Positions 21,578 through 31,719 of a stretch of DNA of 64,000 nt are shown in pieces (positions within the stretch are counted from its first letter, which is position 1; each line of letters starts with the position of its first letter). Source of the stretch: Pirellulales bacterium. Its GTDB lineage: Bacteria > Planctomycetota > Planctomycetia > Pirellulales > PALSA-1355. Location of the stretch: the NCBI GenBank assembly GCA_963733035.1, contig CAVTBU010000005.1, forward strand, positions 128,001 to 192,000, given 5' to 3'. The notes below the pieces were generated by a model. The model was not told the origin of the DNA. It searched no databases and saw only the letters and a list, made by a program, of their open reading frames with translations. A program made the translations under genes and the position numbers.

Positions 21578-22264
21578 CTAGGGAGTCGTGGGAGTGTTGC
21601 CCGCAGGCGAACCTGGTACGGCCTTCGACGCGCCTCGCGTCAACTCGGCGGCGGTCAACAGGCCGTCTCCGTTGGTATCGTAGCGCTTGAATTCAGCGAC
21701 TTCCGGCGCTCGCAGACGGGGCGAGTATTCCGTGAGCGTGAGCTGCGCGTCCCCGTCGGCATCGCGTTCAATAAACCACCCGGGTGTGCCACTTGGCAGT
21801 GGTGCGAAGTAACGCAAATCGCGACGCCGATCGAGCTCGGTGGGGGTCGTGACATTGTCGGACGTACCATCGGCGGCGCCCGCGACCTCGGCACCAGTCG
21901 GCGCATCGGTTGCTCCCTCGGAACGAGTCGAGAGACGAATCCGGCGACCGGCTCCGTAGTTTGCGGCGTACCGTGCGAACTCGTCCGAGGTGATTCGGCC
22001 GTCGCCGTCTAAGTCAGCGGCGGCTGGCTGGCCGTGCATGGCAGTCCATTCGTCGGAATCGAGATGGCCGTCACCGTTTGCATCGTAGCGATGGACAACC
22101 CGCTCGCAGTAGCGAAGCAACTTGGCGGTCACGCCGCCGGTCGGCGTGCTCTTCGGCAACTCATTCTGAGCGACGGCGGATACGCCGACGAGCAGCAATC
22201 CGGTTGCAAAGATTCCCCCAGAAAGCATCCCGATGCGCAATTTCGGCGTCTGACGACGCCACAT
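21578..22264 (-). CDS. Secreted EF-hand protein (four loops); start uncertain
   Basis: DANGDGHLDSDE, DLDGDGRITSDE, DADGDAQLTLTE, DTNGDGLLTAAE; hydrophobic signal-like N-terminus. Confidence 0.8.
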   Translation of the reverse strand: MWRRQTPKLRIGMLSGGIFATGLLLVGVSAVAQNELPKSTPTGGVTAKLLRYCERVVHRYDANGDGHLDSDEWTAMHGQPAAADLDGDGRITSDEFARYAANYGAGRRIRLSTRSEGATDAPTGAEVAGAADGTSDNVTTPTELDRRRDLRYFAPLPSGTPGWFIERDADGDAQLTLTEYSPRLRAPEVAEFKRYDTNGDGLLTAAELTRGASKAVPGSPAGNTPTTP

Positions 22265-22373
22265 TGCATGGCACCGCGCGGGCTTGGCACGAGATCGAGT
22301 CGAAGACCCCAAAGTCTTTATACCTGTGTGAGATACAGCCGAAACGCGCAATCGAATTCTAACGATCCGGCTA

Positions 22374-22403
22374 TTGACAGCCGACCATCGCATCACCTAC
22401 AGT
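22374..22403 (+). promoter_or_regulatory. Possible sigma70 promoter for the gspE operon
   Basis: TTGACA-N18-TACAGT in the divergent intergenic region, ~300 nt upstream of gspE. Confidence 0.35.
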
Positions 22404-22700
22404 ACATATGTTCGCAACCGGGCGGGTTGTGGTCAACCTGCCTTTCGACCCGCCCGCCCACGCCCTACCTACCTTCGAACCCTGCACGCCGAATTTTCAA
22501 TGACGCCCCGGAGCGGTCGTCGGAGAAGTGTTTTGAGAGCTTAAGCGTACCAGCGGAGAATTGTCCGCGCTGCTAGCTGGAACGATATCCCGGCAGTGCG
22601 GCATAGTTCGGACACCTGCCAACGTCTGGAAAGGAGTTCCAGACTCGGTCCCTCGCCTTGCCCCCTGCCTGCCGCCGTTTGCCCTCCTGGATTTCCCGCC

Positions 22701-24395
22701 ATGATTGCCGGCCAACCCCCTGTTAAACGGGGAATCGACAACGATCACCAGCTTGCCCAGTTGCACAACGCGCTGGCCGCTGGGCGGCCCTTGGATCAAC
22801 TCGTGGGCGAACTGGAACTCGCCGGTGAGGAGGACGCGCTGGCGGTGATCGCCGAGGCACTTGGCCTCGAGACCATCGACCTGGCCCATACCGAGATCGA
22901 TCGCAGTCTGCTCGAAAAATTTCCGATCAAACTAATCCACCAGCATCGAGTATTTCCTGTCGCCTGGCAGGCCGACTCGCTAGTACTGGCCACGGGCGAT
23001 CCCTACGATCTGCATGCCCTCGATGCCGTCAGTGCGGCGACCGGCTGGAGCGTGACACCCGTGCTTGCGCCGCCGGCCGAGCTGGCCAAGCTGATCAAAT
23101 CGCACCTGGGTGTTGGCGCCGAGACAGTCGACGGGTTGCTCGCGCAGCGCGAGGAGGAAAGCGGCGTCGAGGTACTCGATGATCTCGATTGGGACTCTTC
23201 CGAAGCCTCGGAGATGGCCCAAGAAGCTTCCGTGGTACGGCTCGTCAACGAGATCCTTAGCGAAGCGGTCGAGGCCCGCGCGAGCGATATTCACATCGAA
23301 TCGCAAGCCGCGGGCATCAAGATCCGCTATCGAGTCGACGGTGTATTACAGCCGCAACCGATGCCGCCTGAAATCAATCGCTTTCAGGCCGCGATCATCA
23401 GCCGCCTGAAGATCATGGCAAAGCTGAACATCGCCGAAAAACGAGTTCCTCAGGACGGACGCATCAAGCTGAAGGTCTCGGGGCGCGAGATCGACATTCG
23501 CTTGTCGATCATTCCCATGCTCCATGGCGAAGGTATCGTGATGCGTATCCTTGATAAGGATCGCATGAACTTTTCGCTGCGTGGCGTTGGCATGGACCAG
23601 GACGTCTACGAAGAGTTCGGCAAGTTGATCAAGCTGCCGCACGGCATCATTCTGGTCACCGGGCCGACCGGTTCCGGCAAGACGACTAGCCTTTACAGCG
23701 CGCTGAGCGAGATCAAGAACGAGGAAATCAAGATCGTCACGACCGAGGATCCCGTCGAATATCAATTGGACGGCATCAACCAGATCCAGGTGCACACCAA
23801 AGTAGGACTGACGTTTGCGGCGAGCCTGCGGAGCATTCTGCGGCACGACCCCGACGTGGTGCTGGTGGGCGAAATCCGCGACTTGGAAACGGCCGAAAAT
23901 GCCATCCAAGCGTCGCTCACGGGCCACTTGGTCTTCAGCACGCTGCATACCAACGATGCTGCGGGGGCCTTCATGCGGATCGTCGACATGGGCGTTGAAC
24001 CGTTCCTGGTCTCCAGCACGGTTGCCGGGGTGATGGCCCAACGACTGGTTCGCGTGCTGTGCACCGAATGTCGTCAGCCGTATGAGCCCAAGCCGGACGA
24101 AGTGCCGGCGGATTTTCCGCTGAACGAAATGCGCGATCGCGGACAGACTCTGTACAAACCGGCCGGGTGCCGCCGCTGCCGAGGCAAGGGTTATACCGGC
24201 CGTTTAGGTTTGTTCGAACTGCTGGTAGCCAACGACCAGATTCGCCACCTGGCCGGCGAGCGAGTTCCGTCGCACGAACTAAAGAAAGTCGCCGTCCAAG
24301 CCGGCATGCGCACGCTGCGGCAGGACGGCTGGCGCAAGGTCGCCAACGGACTCACCACGATTGACGAAGTGATGCGCGTAACGGGCGCTGACTGA
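22701..24395 (+). CDS. gspE: Type II secretion ATPase GspE/PilB family
   Basis: ASDIHIE, IAEKRVPQDGRI, Walker A GPTGSGKT, EDPVEY, DPDVVLVGEIRD, TGHLVFSTLHTND, tetra-Cys CTEC...CRRC. Confidence 0.95.
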   Translation: MIAGQPPVKRGIDNDHQLAQLHNALAAGRPLDQLVGELELAGEEDALAVIAEALGLETIDLAHTEIDRSLLEKFPIKLIHQHRVFPVAWQADSLVLATGDPYDLHALDAVSAATGWSVTPVLAPPAELAKLIKSHLGVGAETVDGLLAQREEESGVEVLDDLDWDSSEASEMAQEASVVRLVNEILSEAVEARASDIHIESQAAGIKIRYRVDGVLQPQPMPPEINRFQAAIISRLKIMAKLNIAEKRVPQDGRIKLKVSGREIDIRLSIIPMLHGEGIVMRILDKDRMNFSLRGVGMDQDVYEEFGKLIKLPHGIILVTGPTGSGKTTSLYSALSEIKNEEIKIVTTEDPVEYQLDGINQIQVHTKVGLTFAASLRSILRHDPDVVLVGEIRDLETAENAIQASLTGHLVFSTLHTNDAAGAFMRIVDMGVEPFLVSSTVAGVMAQRLVRVLCTECRQPYEPKPDEVPADFPLNEMRDRGQTLYKPAGCRRCRGKGYTGRLGLFELLVANDQIRHLAGERVPSHELKKVAVQAGMRTLRQDGWRKVANGLTTIDEVMRVTGAD

Positions 24396-24429
24396 CGCGA
24401 ACCTGACATACGACACAGACCAACTCAAT

Positions 24430-25638
24430 ATGCCTGAATTTGCCTACACAGCGCGAAATCACGCGGGAGGCGACGTGGCCGGCACGATTTCTGCCGGCAG
24501 TCGTCGCGAAGCCCTCTGCGCCCTGGGCGATCGGCAGCTGTTTCCACTGACCGTTACCGACGCCAAAGCGGCCGCGGTCAGTTGGAATCGTCCTCGGCGG
24601 ATCAAAACGGCCGCGCTCGCGCAAACGCTCACGCAATTGGCCGATTTACTACAGAGCGGCGTGCCGCTGATGCGTTCGCTCGATGTGTTGGCCGAGCAAG
24701 CGGTGCATCCGACGTTGGCCGAAGTGCTCGCCGACGTCCGCAACCAGGTTGCCGAGGGCACGCCGCTGGACGAAGCGATGTTGCGCCATCCGAACGTCTT
24801 CAGCGAATTGACAATCAGTATGGTACGCGCCGGTAGCGAGGGGGCGTTTCTGGAAGACGCGCTCAAGCGAACCGCTGACTTTCTCGAAAAGCAAGAAGCG
24901 CTGCGCAACAAGGTCGTCGGGGCGATGACCTACCCGGCCATCCTGGCGGGCGCCGGCGTATTGATCACCGTGGTGTTGGTCGTGTTTTTCGTGCCCAAAT
25001 TCTCCGATCTTTTCAAGAGCCTGGAGGAACGCGGCGGATTGCCGATTGCTACCACCTTGCTACTGGCACTGAGCGATCTACTAGGCAAGTACGGCATCTT
25101 TGTCGCCGCCGCGATCGCAGGCCTGGTGTACTGGGTGCGCAAACAATTGGCGACCGAGAGTGGCCGCCTGTTTGCCGATCGTGCCAAATTGAAGATTCCG
25201 ATCGCTGGCAAGATCTTTCTCGGCTATGCCATTTCGCGGTTTTGCCGCGTACTTGGCACCTTGTTGCGAAACGGTGTTCCACTGCTCAAATCGCTGGAGA
25301 TCTCCAGCGACTCGACCGGCAACCGCGTATTGGCACAGGCGATTCGCCAGTCGGCCGAGAACGTGTCGTCCGGCGAAACACTGGCCACGCCGCTGGCCGA
25401 ATGCGGTCTGATTCCGCGTCCCGTAATGGCCATGATCAGCGTCGCCGAGGAATCGAACAACTTGGACAACGTGCTGGTGAACATCGCCGACGGCATCGAT
25501 CGGCAGACCAGCACACAACTGGACTTGATGGTGCGGCTGCTCGAGCCGCTCACCCTGTTGGTGATGGCCAGCGCGATTTTATTCGTGCTGGTCGCGCTGT
25601 TGTTACCCGTGTTTCAAATGAGCTCAACCGTCACCTGA
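24430..25638 (+). CDS. gspF: Type II secretion inner-membrane platform protein GspF/PilC
   Basis: QLADLLQSGVPL, MVRAGSEG, AMTYP, LGTLLRNGVPL, LLEPL. Confidence 0.95.
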   Translation: MPEFAYTARNHAGGDVAGTISAGSRREALCALGDRQLFPLTVTDAKAAAVSWNRPRRIKTAALAQTLTQLADLLQSGVPLMRSLDVLAEQAVHPTLAEVLADVRNQVAEGTPLDEAMLRHPNVFSELTISMVRAGSEGAFLEDALKRTADFLEKQEALRNKVVGAMTYPAILAGAGVLITVVLVVFFVPKFSDLFKSLEERGGLPIATTLLLALSDLLGKYGIFVAAAIAGLVYWVRKQLATESGRLFADRAKLKIPIAGKIFLGYAISRFCRVLGTLLRNGVPLLKSLEISSDSTGNRVLAQAIRQSAENVSSGETLATPLAECGLIPRPVMAMISVAEESNNLDNVLVNIADGIDRQTSTQLDLMVRLLEPLTLLVMASAILFVLVALLLPVFQMSSTVT

Positions 25639-25760
25639 TACGGGCCGCCGTTCGCAATGCGGCCAAGGGGACGAAACCGCTAACCGTATTCGCCGCTGAA
25701 AGAAACCGTTGCGAAGAATTTTTCCACTTACAAACTGATGGATGCAGGAGGGCAGTCAAC

Positions 25761-26225
25761 ATGAAATACCGAACGAGAAAGAACGCCAGGCGACAGGCTT
25801 TCACCTTGATGGAAGTGTTGCTCGTACTTGTGATTCTCGTAGTGCTGATGGGATTCGCGGTCCCCTCGCTACTAGGCAGCAAGAAAAAGGCCGACCTCGA
25901 CGCGGCCAAGACCCAGATCGGCCTGTTCCGCACCGCGTTGGAGAAGTACGCACTCGACATGAACACGTTTCCCTCGAGCGAAGCAGGGCTTGACGTGTTG
26001 GTCGTCGAGCCGAGCGACGTGGAAGAAGAGCAATTGGCCAACTGGGCCGGTCCCTATATCACGACCAGCGCCAAGGAAGCCCCGCGCGACCCGTGGGGCC
26101 AAAAGTACTACTACGCGTATCCCTCGACCCACGACAGCGAGTACCCGGACATTTGGTCCGCGGGCCCAGACACCAAGGAAGGGACCGAGGATGACGTCGT
26201 CAACTGGTCGAAGGATGAGGAATAA
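25761..26225 (+). CDS. gspG: Major pseudopilin GspG
   Basis: GGAGG RBS; RRQA|FTLMEVLLVLVIL class III signal; ALEKYALD...FPS...GL..L...WAGPY...DPWG..Y.Y...IWSAGPD..EGTEDDV. Confidence 0.93.
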   Translation: MKYRTRKNARRQAFTLMEVLLVLVILVVLMGFAVPSLLGSKKKADLDAAKTQIGLFRTALEKYALDMNTFPSSEAGLDVLVVEPSDVEEEQLANWAGPYITTSAKEAPRDPWGQKYYYAYPSTHDSEYPDIWSAGPDTKEGTEDDVVNWSKDEE

Positions 26226-26358
26226 ACGACAACGAGCGCTTGCGTCCTGGTACGAAATGGCGCGGACACCGCTTCCAGGACGTCTGGGAACCACGCGGAA
26301 CGGCAACGCTCCGCGTGCGTAATTCCGCTAGAGAACAGGCAACCTTTGAGGTGTCACC

Positions 26359-26949
26359 ATGAAGAGCTCCTCGACAACGCGTTGTGGGTACACGCTTTCA
26401 GAAGTACTGTTGGTGTTGGGAATCATTGCCGGAGTGGCGGCCTTGGCCCAGCCGGCGCTGCGCTCCTCGTTGGGGGACAGTCGCCTGCGGTCGGCCGCGC
26501 GGCAGCTTCGTGCGGAACTTGCCAAGACACGGTTGCGCGCCATGCAATCGGGCACGGCCCAGCGTTTTCGCTACCAGGTTGATTGCAACCGCTTTGAGAC
26601 TGCCCCAGCCAATTGCGACGCGGAGAACGATCGTTCTCTCAACGGCGAAATGACGGAACCATTGGCCGCCCTGGACGGTCAGGAGTCCGCGGCTCAAACT
26701 CGTGGTTCGCGATCAATCGTACAGGAACTCCCCGATGGCGTGAACTTTGAGCCCGTGGTCGAGCACCGCACGGCGTACGTTGACGAAGAGGGCTGGTCCG
26801 ACCCGATTGTGTTTTATCCCAACGGCCGAGCGGCCGATGCTACGATCCGCTTGCGTGGCGAACGGGATACGCTGGTTGACGTTTCGTTGCGCGGCCTAAC
26901 GGGTGTCGCCACGGCCGGTAAGCCTCGTCGCGAAAAGGCGCTCCAATGA
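26359..26949 (+). CDS. gspH: Minor pseudopilin, GspH/FimT-like
   Basis: G|YTLSEVLLVLGII; LRSAARQLRAEL; ELPDGV; IVFYPNG; position after gspG. Confidence 0.75.
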   Translation: MKSSSTTRCGYTLSEVLLVLGIIAGVAALAQPALRSSLGDSRLRSAARQLRAELAKTRLRAMQSGTAQRFRYQVDCNRFETAPANCDAENDRSLNGEMTEPLAALDGQESAAQTRGSRSIVQELPDGVNFEPVVEHRTAYVDEEGWSDPIVFYPNGRAADATIRLRGERDTLVDVSLRGLTGVATAGKPRREKALQ

Positions 26950-27395
26950 GACGCTCTCGTCGCCGTGGATTCTCGTTGCTCGAGGTACTGCTGGCGACGG
27001 GAATCTTGATCGGCTCCTCCATCGTTCTGATGGAATTGGCTTCCATTGGAATCCGACACGCGGCCGGTGCTCGCGATCTCGCACAAATGCAGCGGATTTG
27101 CCAGTCGAAACTAAATGAGATCGTCATCGGAGTAGCTCCGGCCGAAACCGTCCGCCCCATGCCCTGCGACGAAGTGCCGAGCTGGACGTATTGGGTGAAT
27201 CTACGCCCCACCGACCGTCCAGGCCTTGTCATGCTTGAAGTGGGTGTTTCCAAAGACATGAAATCGCGCCGTTCGACCAGCCGATTCACGCTTGTGCGCT
27301 GGATTCGCGATCCGAAGACCGACGACGAGTCACCATCGTCAATTCCCCTCGAAGCCGCCCCCCGGGACATCGCGCTGGGAGGACCGATGCCATGA
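26946..27395 (+). CDS. gspI: Minor pseudopilin, GspI-like
   Basis: RRRG|FSLLEVLLA; ATGA overlap; short length and position. Confidence 0.72.
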   Translation: MRRSRRRGFSLLEVLLATGILIGSSIVLMELASIGIRHAAGARDLAQMQRICQSKLNEIVIGVAPAETVRPMPCDEVPSWTYWVNLRPTDRPGLVMLEVGVSKDMKSRRSTSRFTLVRWIRDPKTDDESPSSIPLEAAPRDIALGGPMP

Positions 27396-28579
27396 CACAC
27401 CGTCACCGAATCCGCGCTGCCGGTTTCACGCTCGTCGAGGTCATGCTGACGACGGTTCTGGCAGCCGTGTTGCTGTTCGCCCTCTGGTCCCTGCTCAGCA
27501 TGTACTCCAAGACGTTCGAAGGTGGACAAGCCCGCACCGAGCAATCTCAGTTAGGCCGCGCGCTGTTGGAACAATTCTCGACGGACCTGCAAAATGTGCT
27601 AGTGACACCGGTGTTGCCGCCTCACCCCGTCCGAACCGTGCCCCCGCACGGCCCCTCCCCAGACTCGGGCACCGTCGGATCGCTGCCAAACCCATCAGGT
27701 GGCTTGGCAGCTACGTCCGCGCCGCCGTCATCGCCCCCGTTTGGCGCGCAAACCGGCGCGGTGTTTTCTGCTCCACCGGCGAATCCGGAACTTGCAATCG
27801 GCCTTCACGACGTCAGCACGTCGTCGCTACGGCCCGCCGGCCTGTTCGGCACAAGCACGTTCCTGCAAATCGATGTCGTGCAGCCGGCAATGCTCGTGTC
27901 AGCGCACCAGCCAGACGAATTCGTCGTCGACAGCTCAGAGGCATCACCCCGCGCCGAGGAGTTGAGGACCGTCGTCTATTCGTTCGAAGAATATCGGGAC
28001 CCGGCGAATCCCTCGACCGAGCCCGGAGCACGTCTGATTCGCCAAGAATTGACCTGGGCGCAGGTGCACTCGGCTCGCTATCAGGCCGCCCGCGCGGCCA
28101 CCGCGCGGGGCGACGAATTCCCTCCCAGCGACGTCGACGCGGAACCATTCGATGCCTTCAATTCCGCGTCGTCCGCCGAAATCTCCAGCGCGCAAGCGAT
28201 TGACGGTGAGGCGTTCGTTTCGCCATCGACAACGATCGTGCCCGAGGTTATCGAGTTTGCGCTGCGGTACTTCAATGGCACTGCGTGGAGCGAGCAGTGG
28301 GACAGCGTGGCACAACATGGGCTGCCGGCGGCAATCGAGATTTCATTGCGACTAAGATCGTTCGACGAAACGGACGGCCCGGTCGTGAATGATGTCACCA
28401 AAAAGCCAGGCGTCGATCAGACGAAAATCGCGGAATGGAGATATCCATTGCAGCGACTTTTGATTCCGTTGCCACTGGCTGCGCAAAAGCCTGGCGTGAA
28501 CAAGGGACAATCTATTTTGCCGCCCGAAGACACCGCAAACTTGGTGGGAGCAGGCGCAAATGGCAACCTCGATGAATAA
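27392..28579 (+). CDS. gspJ: Minor pseudopilin, GspJ-like, with Pro/Ser-rich inserts
   Basis: AG|FTLVEVML; LRYFNGTAWSEQWDS...LPAAIEI typical of the GspJ C-terminus. Confidence 0.75.
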   Translation: MTHRHRIRAAGFTLVEVMLTTVLAAVLLFALWSLLSMYSKTFEGGQARTEQSQLGRALLEQFSTDLQNVLVTPVLPPHPVRTVPPHGPSPDSGTVGSLPNPSGGLAATSAPPSSPPFGAQTGAVFSAPPANPELAIGLHDVSTSSLRPAGLFGTSTFLQIDVVQPAMLVSAHQPDEFVVDSSEASPRAEELRTVVYSFEEYRDPANPSTEPGARLIRQELTWAQVHSARYQAARAATARGDEFPPSDVDAEPFDAFNSASSAEISSAQAIDGEAFVSPSTTIVPEVIEFALRYFNGTAWSEQWDSVAQHGLPAAIEISLRLRSFDETDGPVVNDVTKKPGVDQTKIAEWRYPLQRLLIPLPLAAQKPGVNKGQSILPPEDTANLVGAGANGNLDE

Positions 28580-30152
28580 TACATCGCGACGGCCTGCCGG
28601 ACGCCGTCATCGCGCCGCGCTCGTGCTCGTGCTTGTATTGATCGTGGTGATGATGTTGGCACTCGCGGGCTTCACATTTGCCGAGCTTATGTTCACTGAG
28701 GCCAAGGCGACGCGTTTGCACGGCGATCAGTTGCGTTTGCAGCAGGCGATTCATAGCGGAGTCGCGCAGTTGAACCTGTTTTTAGAGCAGCCCCGCGCTG
28801 CGCAAGAAGCGGCCGGCGGCACGTTTTCAAACCCCGCCATGTTTCAAGCCGTGCCATTGGAACCAGAATTCCCCGGTACGACCACCTTGGTCAACCAGCT
28901 TCGATTTAGCGTGGTAACACCCGCGATGGAGACCTCCGAGGCAACAGATCCACGTGGAGTTCGCTTCGGCGTCGAAAATGAGTCGGGGCGTTTGCATTTA
29001 GCCGACGTGTTGCGATACGACCAGGAGATGGCTGGGGCCGGCTGCCAAACGCTCCTGAAGTTGCCAGGCATGACGGAGGAAGTAGCCGACGCAATCATGG
29101 ATTGGCTCGACCCCGATTCGGAACCGCGCCCGATGGGCGCTGAAGACGACTACTACGGCGGGTTACCAGAGCCCTACGCACCACGAAACGGCTTGCCCGA
29201 CTGCATCGAGGAATTGCTGCTGATAAAAGGAGTGACGCGCGAGTTGTTATTCGGCGCGGACGCCAATTACAATCGAATTCTGGAGCCGGGCGAGCTCGCC
29301 GCATCTGCTTCGACCTCCCGCCCCCAATCTTCCGCCCAAATCGTGCCCTGGAGTTGGCTCTTGACCTTGTACAGCGGACAACGCAATCGAGACTCACAAG
29401 GGCAACCTCGCATCAATCTGAACGGCCCGGATATGGCGGTGTTGCACCGGCGGTTGACGGAGGCCGTTGGGCCAGAAATCGCGTCCTTCGCCGTGGCCTA
29501 TCGACAGTCCGGCGAGGATGTCACCGGCGGAGCACCCATGGCTGGGCCAATACCCTTCAATCCACAATTCGCGCCAACCCATCCGGTGCGATCGGTATTA
29601 GACTTGGTCGATGCCAAGGTGGCAATTCAGGACAGCCCATCTGGAAGCAAACGCACGATCTACCAAAGTCCGTTGCAGGTGGGCACGCCCTCGTTCGAAA
29701 AGCAGCTCGCAGTGCTTATGGATATTGCAACGACCAATCCCGAGCCCGTTCGCCGAGGCGGCGTAAGTGTCAACGACGCGCCGGCAGTCATTTTGCAAAC
29801 GGTGCCCGGCATCGACGAGTCGCTTGCACAACAAATCATCTCGGCTCGTCAGAATCCTGCGCCGGGAGGTGAAGCCAGCCGCCGGCATCCAACGTGGCTA
29901 TTGACCGAGGGCGTCGTCGACCTGCAAACAATGAAACGCTTGCTGCCAAACCTGACAGGCAGCGGTGACGTCGTCCGAGCGCAAATCGTCGCGCATCAGG
30001 ATCAGCCCCAACTCTCAGCGCGCACGGAAGTCGTGATCGACGCCTCCGGCGGCGCGGCGCGGACGGTCCTCTGGCGGGACCTGCGTTTTTATGGCACCGG
30101 CTATCCCACCGAATGGCTCACCGCCGGCGCGCCACAAGGCCCGAGAAACTAA
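28560..30152 (+). CDS. gspK: Tip pseudopilin GspK
   Basis: Hydrophobic N-terminus lacking E5; ENESGRL, ADAIMDWLDPD, GAEDDYY, PRNG, EELLLIKG, RINLN, HhH-like VPGIDESLAQQII. Confidence 0.88.
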   Translation: MATSMNNTSRRPAGRRHRAALVLVLVLIVVMMLALAGFTFAELMFTEAKATRLHGDQLRLQQAIHSGVAQLNLFLEQPRAAQEAAGGTFSNPAMFQAVPLEPEFPGTTTLVNQLRFSVVTPAMETSEATDPRGVRFGVENESGRLHLADVLRYDQEMAGAGCQTLLKLPGMTEEVADAIMDWLDPDSEPRPMGAEDDYYGGLPEPYAPRNGLPDCIEELLLIKGVTRELLFGADANYNRILEPGELAASASTSRPQSSAQIVPWSWLLTLYSGQRNRDSQGQPRINLNGPDMAVLHRRLTEAVGPEIASFAVAYRQSGEDVTGGAPMAGPIPFNPQFAPTHPVRSVLDLVDAKVAIQDSPSGSKRTIYQSPLQVGTPSFEKQLAVLMDIATTNPEPVRRGGVSVNDAPAVILQTVPGIDESLAQQIISARQNPAPGGEASRRHPTWLLTEGVVDLQTMKRLLPNLTGSGDVVRAQIVAHQDQPQLSARTEVVIDASGGAARTVLWRDLRFYGTGYPTEWLTAGAPQGPRN

Positions 30153-30158
30153 CCACTG

Positions 30159-31719
30159 ATGGCACGATTCGTAGCAATCGACTGGGACAGCGGCGAGGCA
30201 CGCTACCTCGTGGCGGATGCCACTGGCAAGCATTTTGCCATCGAGGCGATCGGGGCCGTGCCAATGCCTGGCGACAAGGACACGGTTGGCTCGCGCGCAA
30301 CTCGGCGAGGCCCTTCAAGCGGAGTTGGCCGGTAAAGCCAGCCGTGCGACGACGCTGCTGTGCGTAGGCCGAAGCCAAATCGACGTGGTAACGCCAACGC
30401 TTCCCCCGGCTTCCGACCTGGAACTCCCCGAGATGGTGCGGAATCAGGCGATGCGCGACAACAATGCGATCGGGGAAGACGCGCTGCTCGATTTTCTTCC
30501 GCTCAGTGACGATCCTACGCAACCTCGTAAGATAACCGCCGTCGCCCTGTCGCACACTCGACTCGAGCAACTTCAAGAGGTCTTGCACGGCGCGGGCCTG
30601 ACAGCACAGGCGATAACGCCCCGTCCCTACGCAACGGCCGCGTTGGTGCTGGACGGGCTCGAAGACCGCAATGAAACATGCCTCGTCGTGCACCTCCTGG
30701 CCGAGGAAGTCGACTTGATCATTCTGTCTGGCGGGAAGGTGATGTTTTGGCGCACACTTCGCCAACCAAACGCATCGCACGATGACACCGCGGCCCGACG
30801 GTTAATATCGGAGATTCGGCGAACACTGCTCGTTGCGCAGCCACATCTGTCGGGCCAAACGGTCAAATCTCTGTATCTGTGCGGCGGGTTGCAAGAGCAC
30901 CCCAATCTGGAAGCGGCCTTACGCGAGGATTCGCAGTTGCCGATGCACCTCGTTGATCCGTTTGCCGCGCACGGCGGAGGCACCGAGGCCCCGAAAAACC
31001 CTGGCCGCTACGTGCCGCTCGTGGGCCTGTTGACGACTGCGGCCAGTGGCGAACCGCACGCGATCGATTTCCTGCATCCCCGGCGGCGCCCCTCACCACC
31101 CGACCGCCGCCGTATTTACACCTTGGCGGGCGCCGCTGCGGCACTGCTCGTCCTGCTCGGTGGATATCAGGTCTGGTCGAATTTCTCCACCGCCGACGAG
31201 AAGATTGCGGATCTGGGCAATGAGCTTGGGCGTTTAGGCGATCAACTAAAACAGGCCGAGCAACGGCAGAAGATCATTGTGGCCATCGATGAATGGTCGA
31301 AGGACGACATAAACTGGCTCGACGAGCTGCGCGATCTTTCGTTGCGATTTCCAGGCGGTCGCGATGCCGTCCTGTTGCGCATGGGGTTGAGCCATGGCCG
31401 TGAGTCCGGCGGAACCATTGATCTGGTAGGCATCGTGCGCGACCCAATCGTGGTCAGCCACATCGAGAATAGCCTCCGCGATGAATTTCACGAGATCAGC
31501 AGCCGCCACATGCAAGAACAGTCAAAGCAGAACAACTACACGTGGCACTTTGAGTCGACGATCGGCGTGACTCCACGCACTCCGCAGCAGTACGTCAGCC
31601 ACCTGCCACCGGAAGAGCAGCGGTTGCCGCCACGTCCCAAACCAAAATCAGCTTCCCGTGCGCCGGTTGGTCCCAAGGCGTCGCTTCGCTCACGGTCCAA
31701 GGGGCAGGTGTCGCCATGA
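30159..31719 (+). CDS. GspL-like (PilM-PilN-type fused) assembly protein; frameshifted near 30295
   Basis: MARFVAIDWDSGEARY actin-like start (30159, own frame stops near 30335) joins ORF 30217-31719 (LPEMVRNQA, LYLCGG, IDFLHPRR, TM helix, NWLDEL). Confidence 0.78.

Noticed and set aside
25242..25760. Long N-terminal extension of the gspG ORF
   Set aside because: Overlaps gspF; the RBS and class III signal point to ATG 25761
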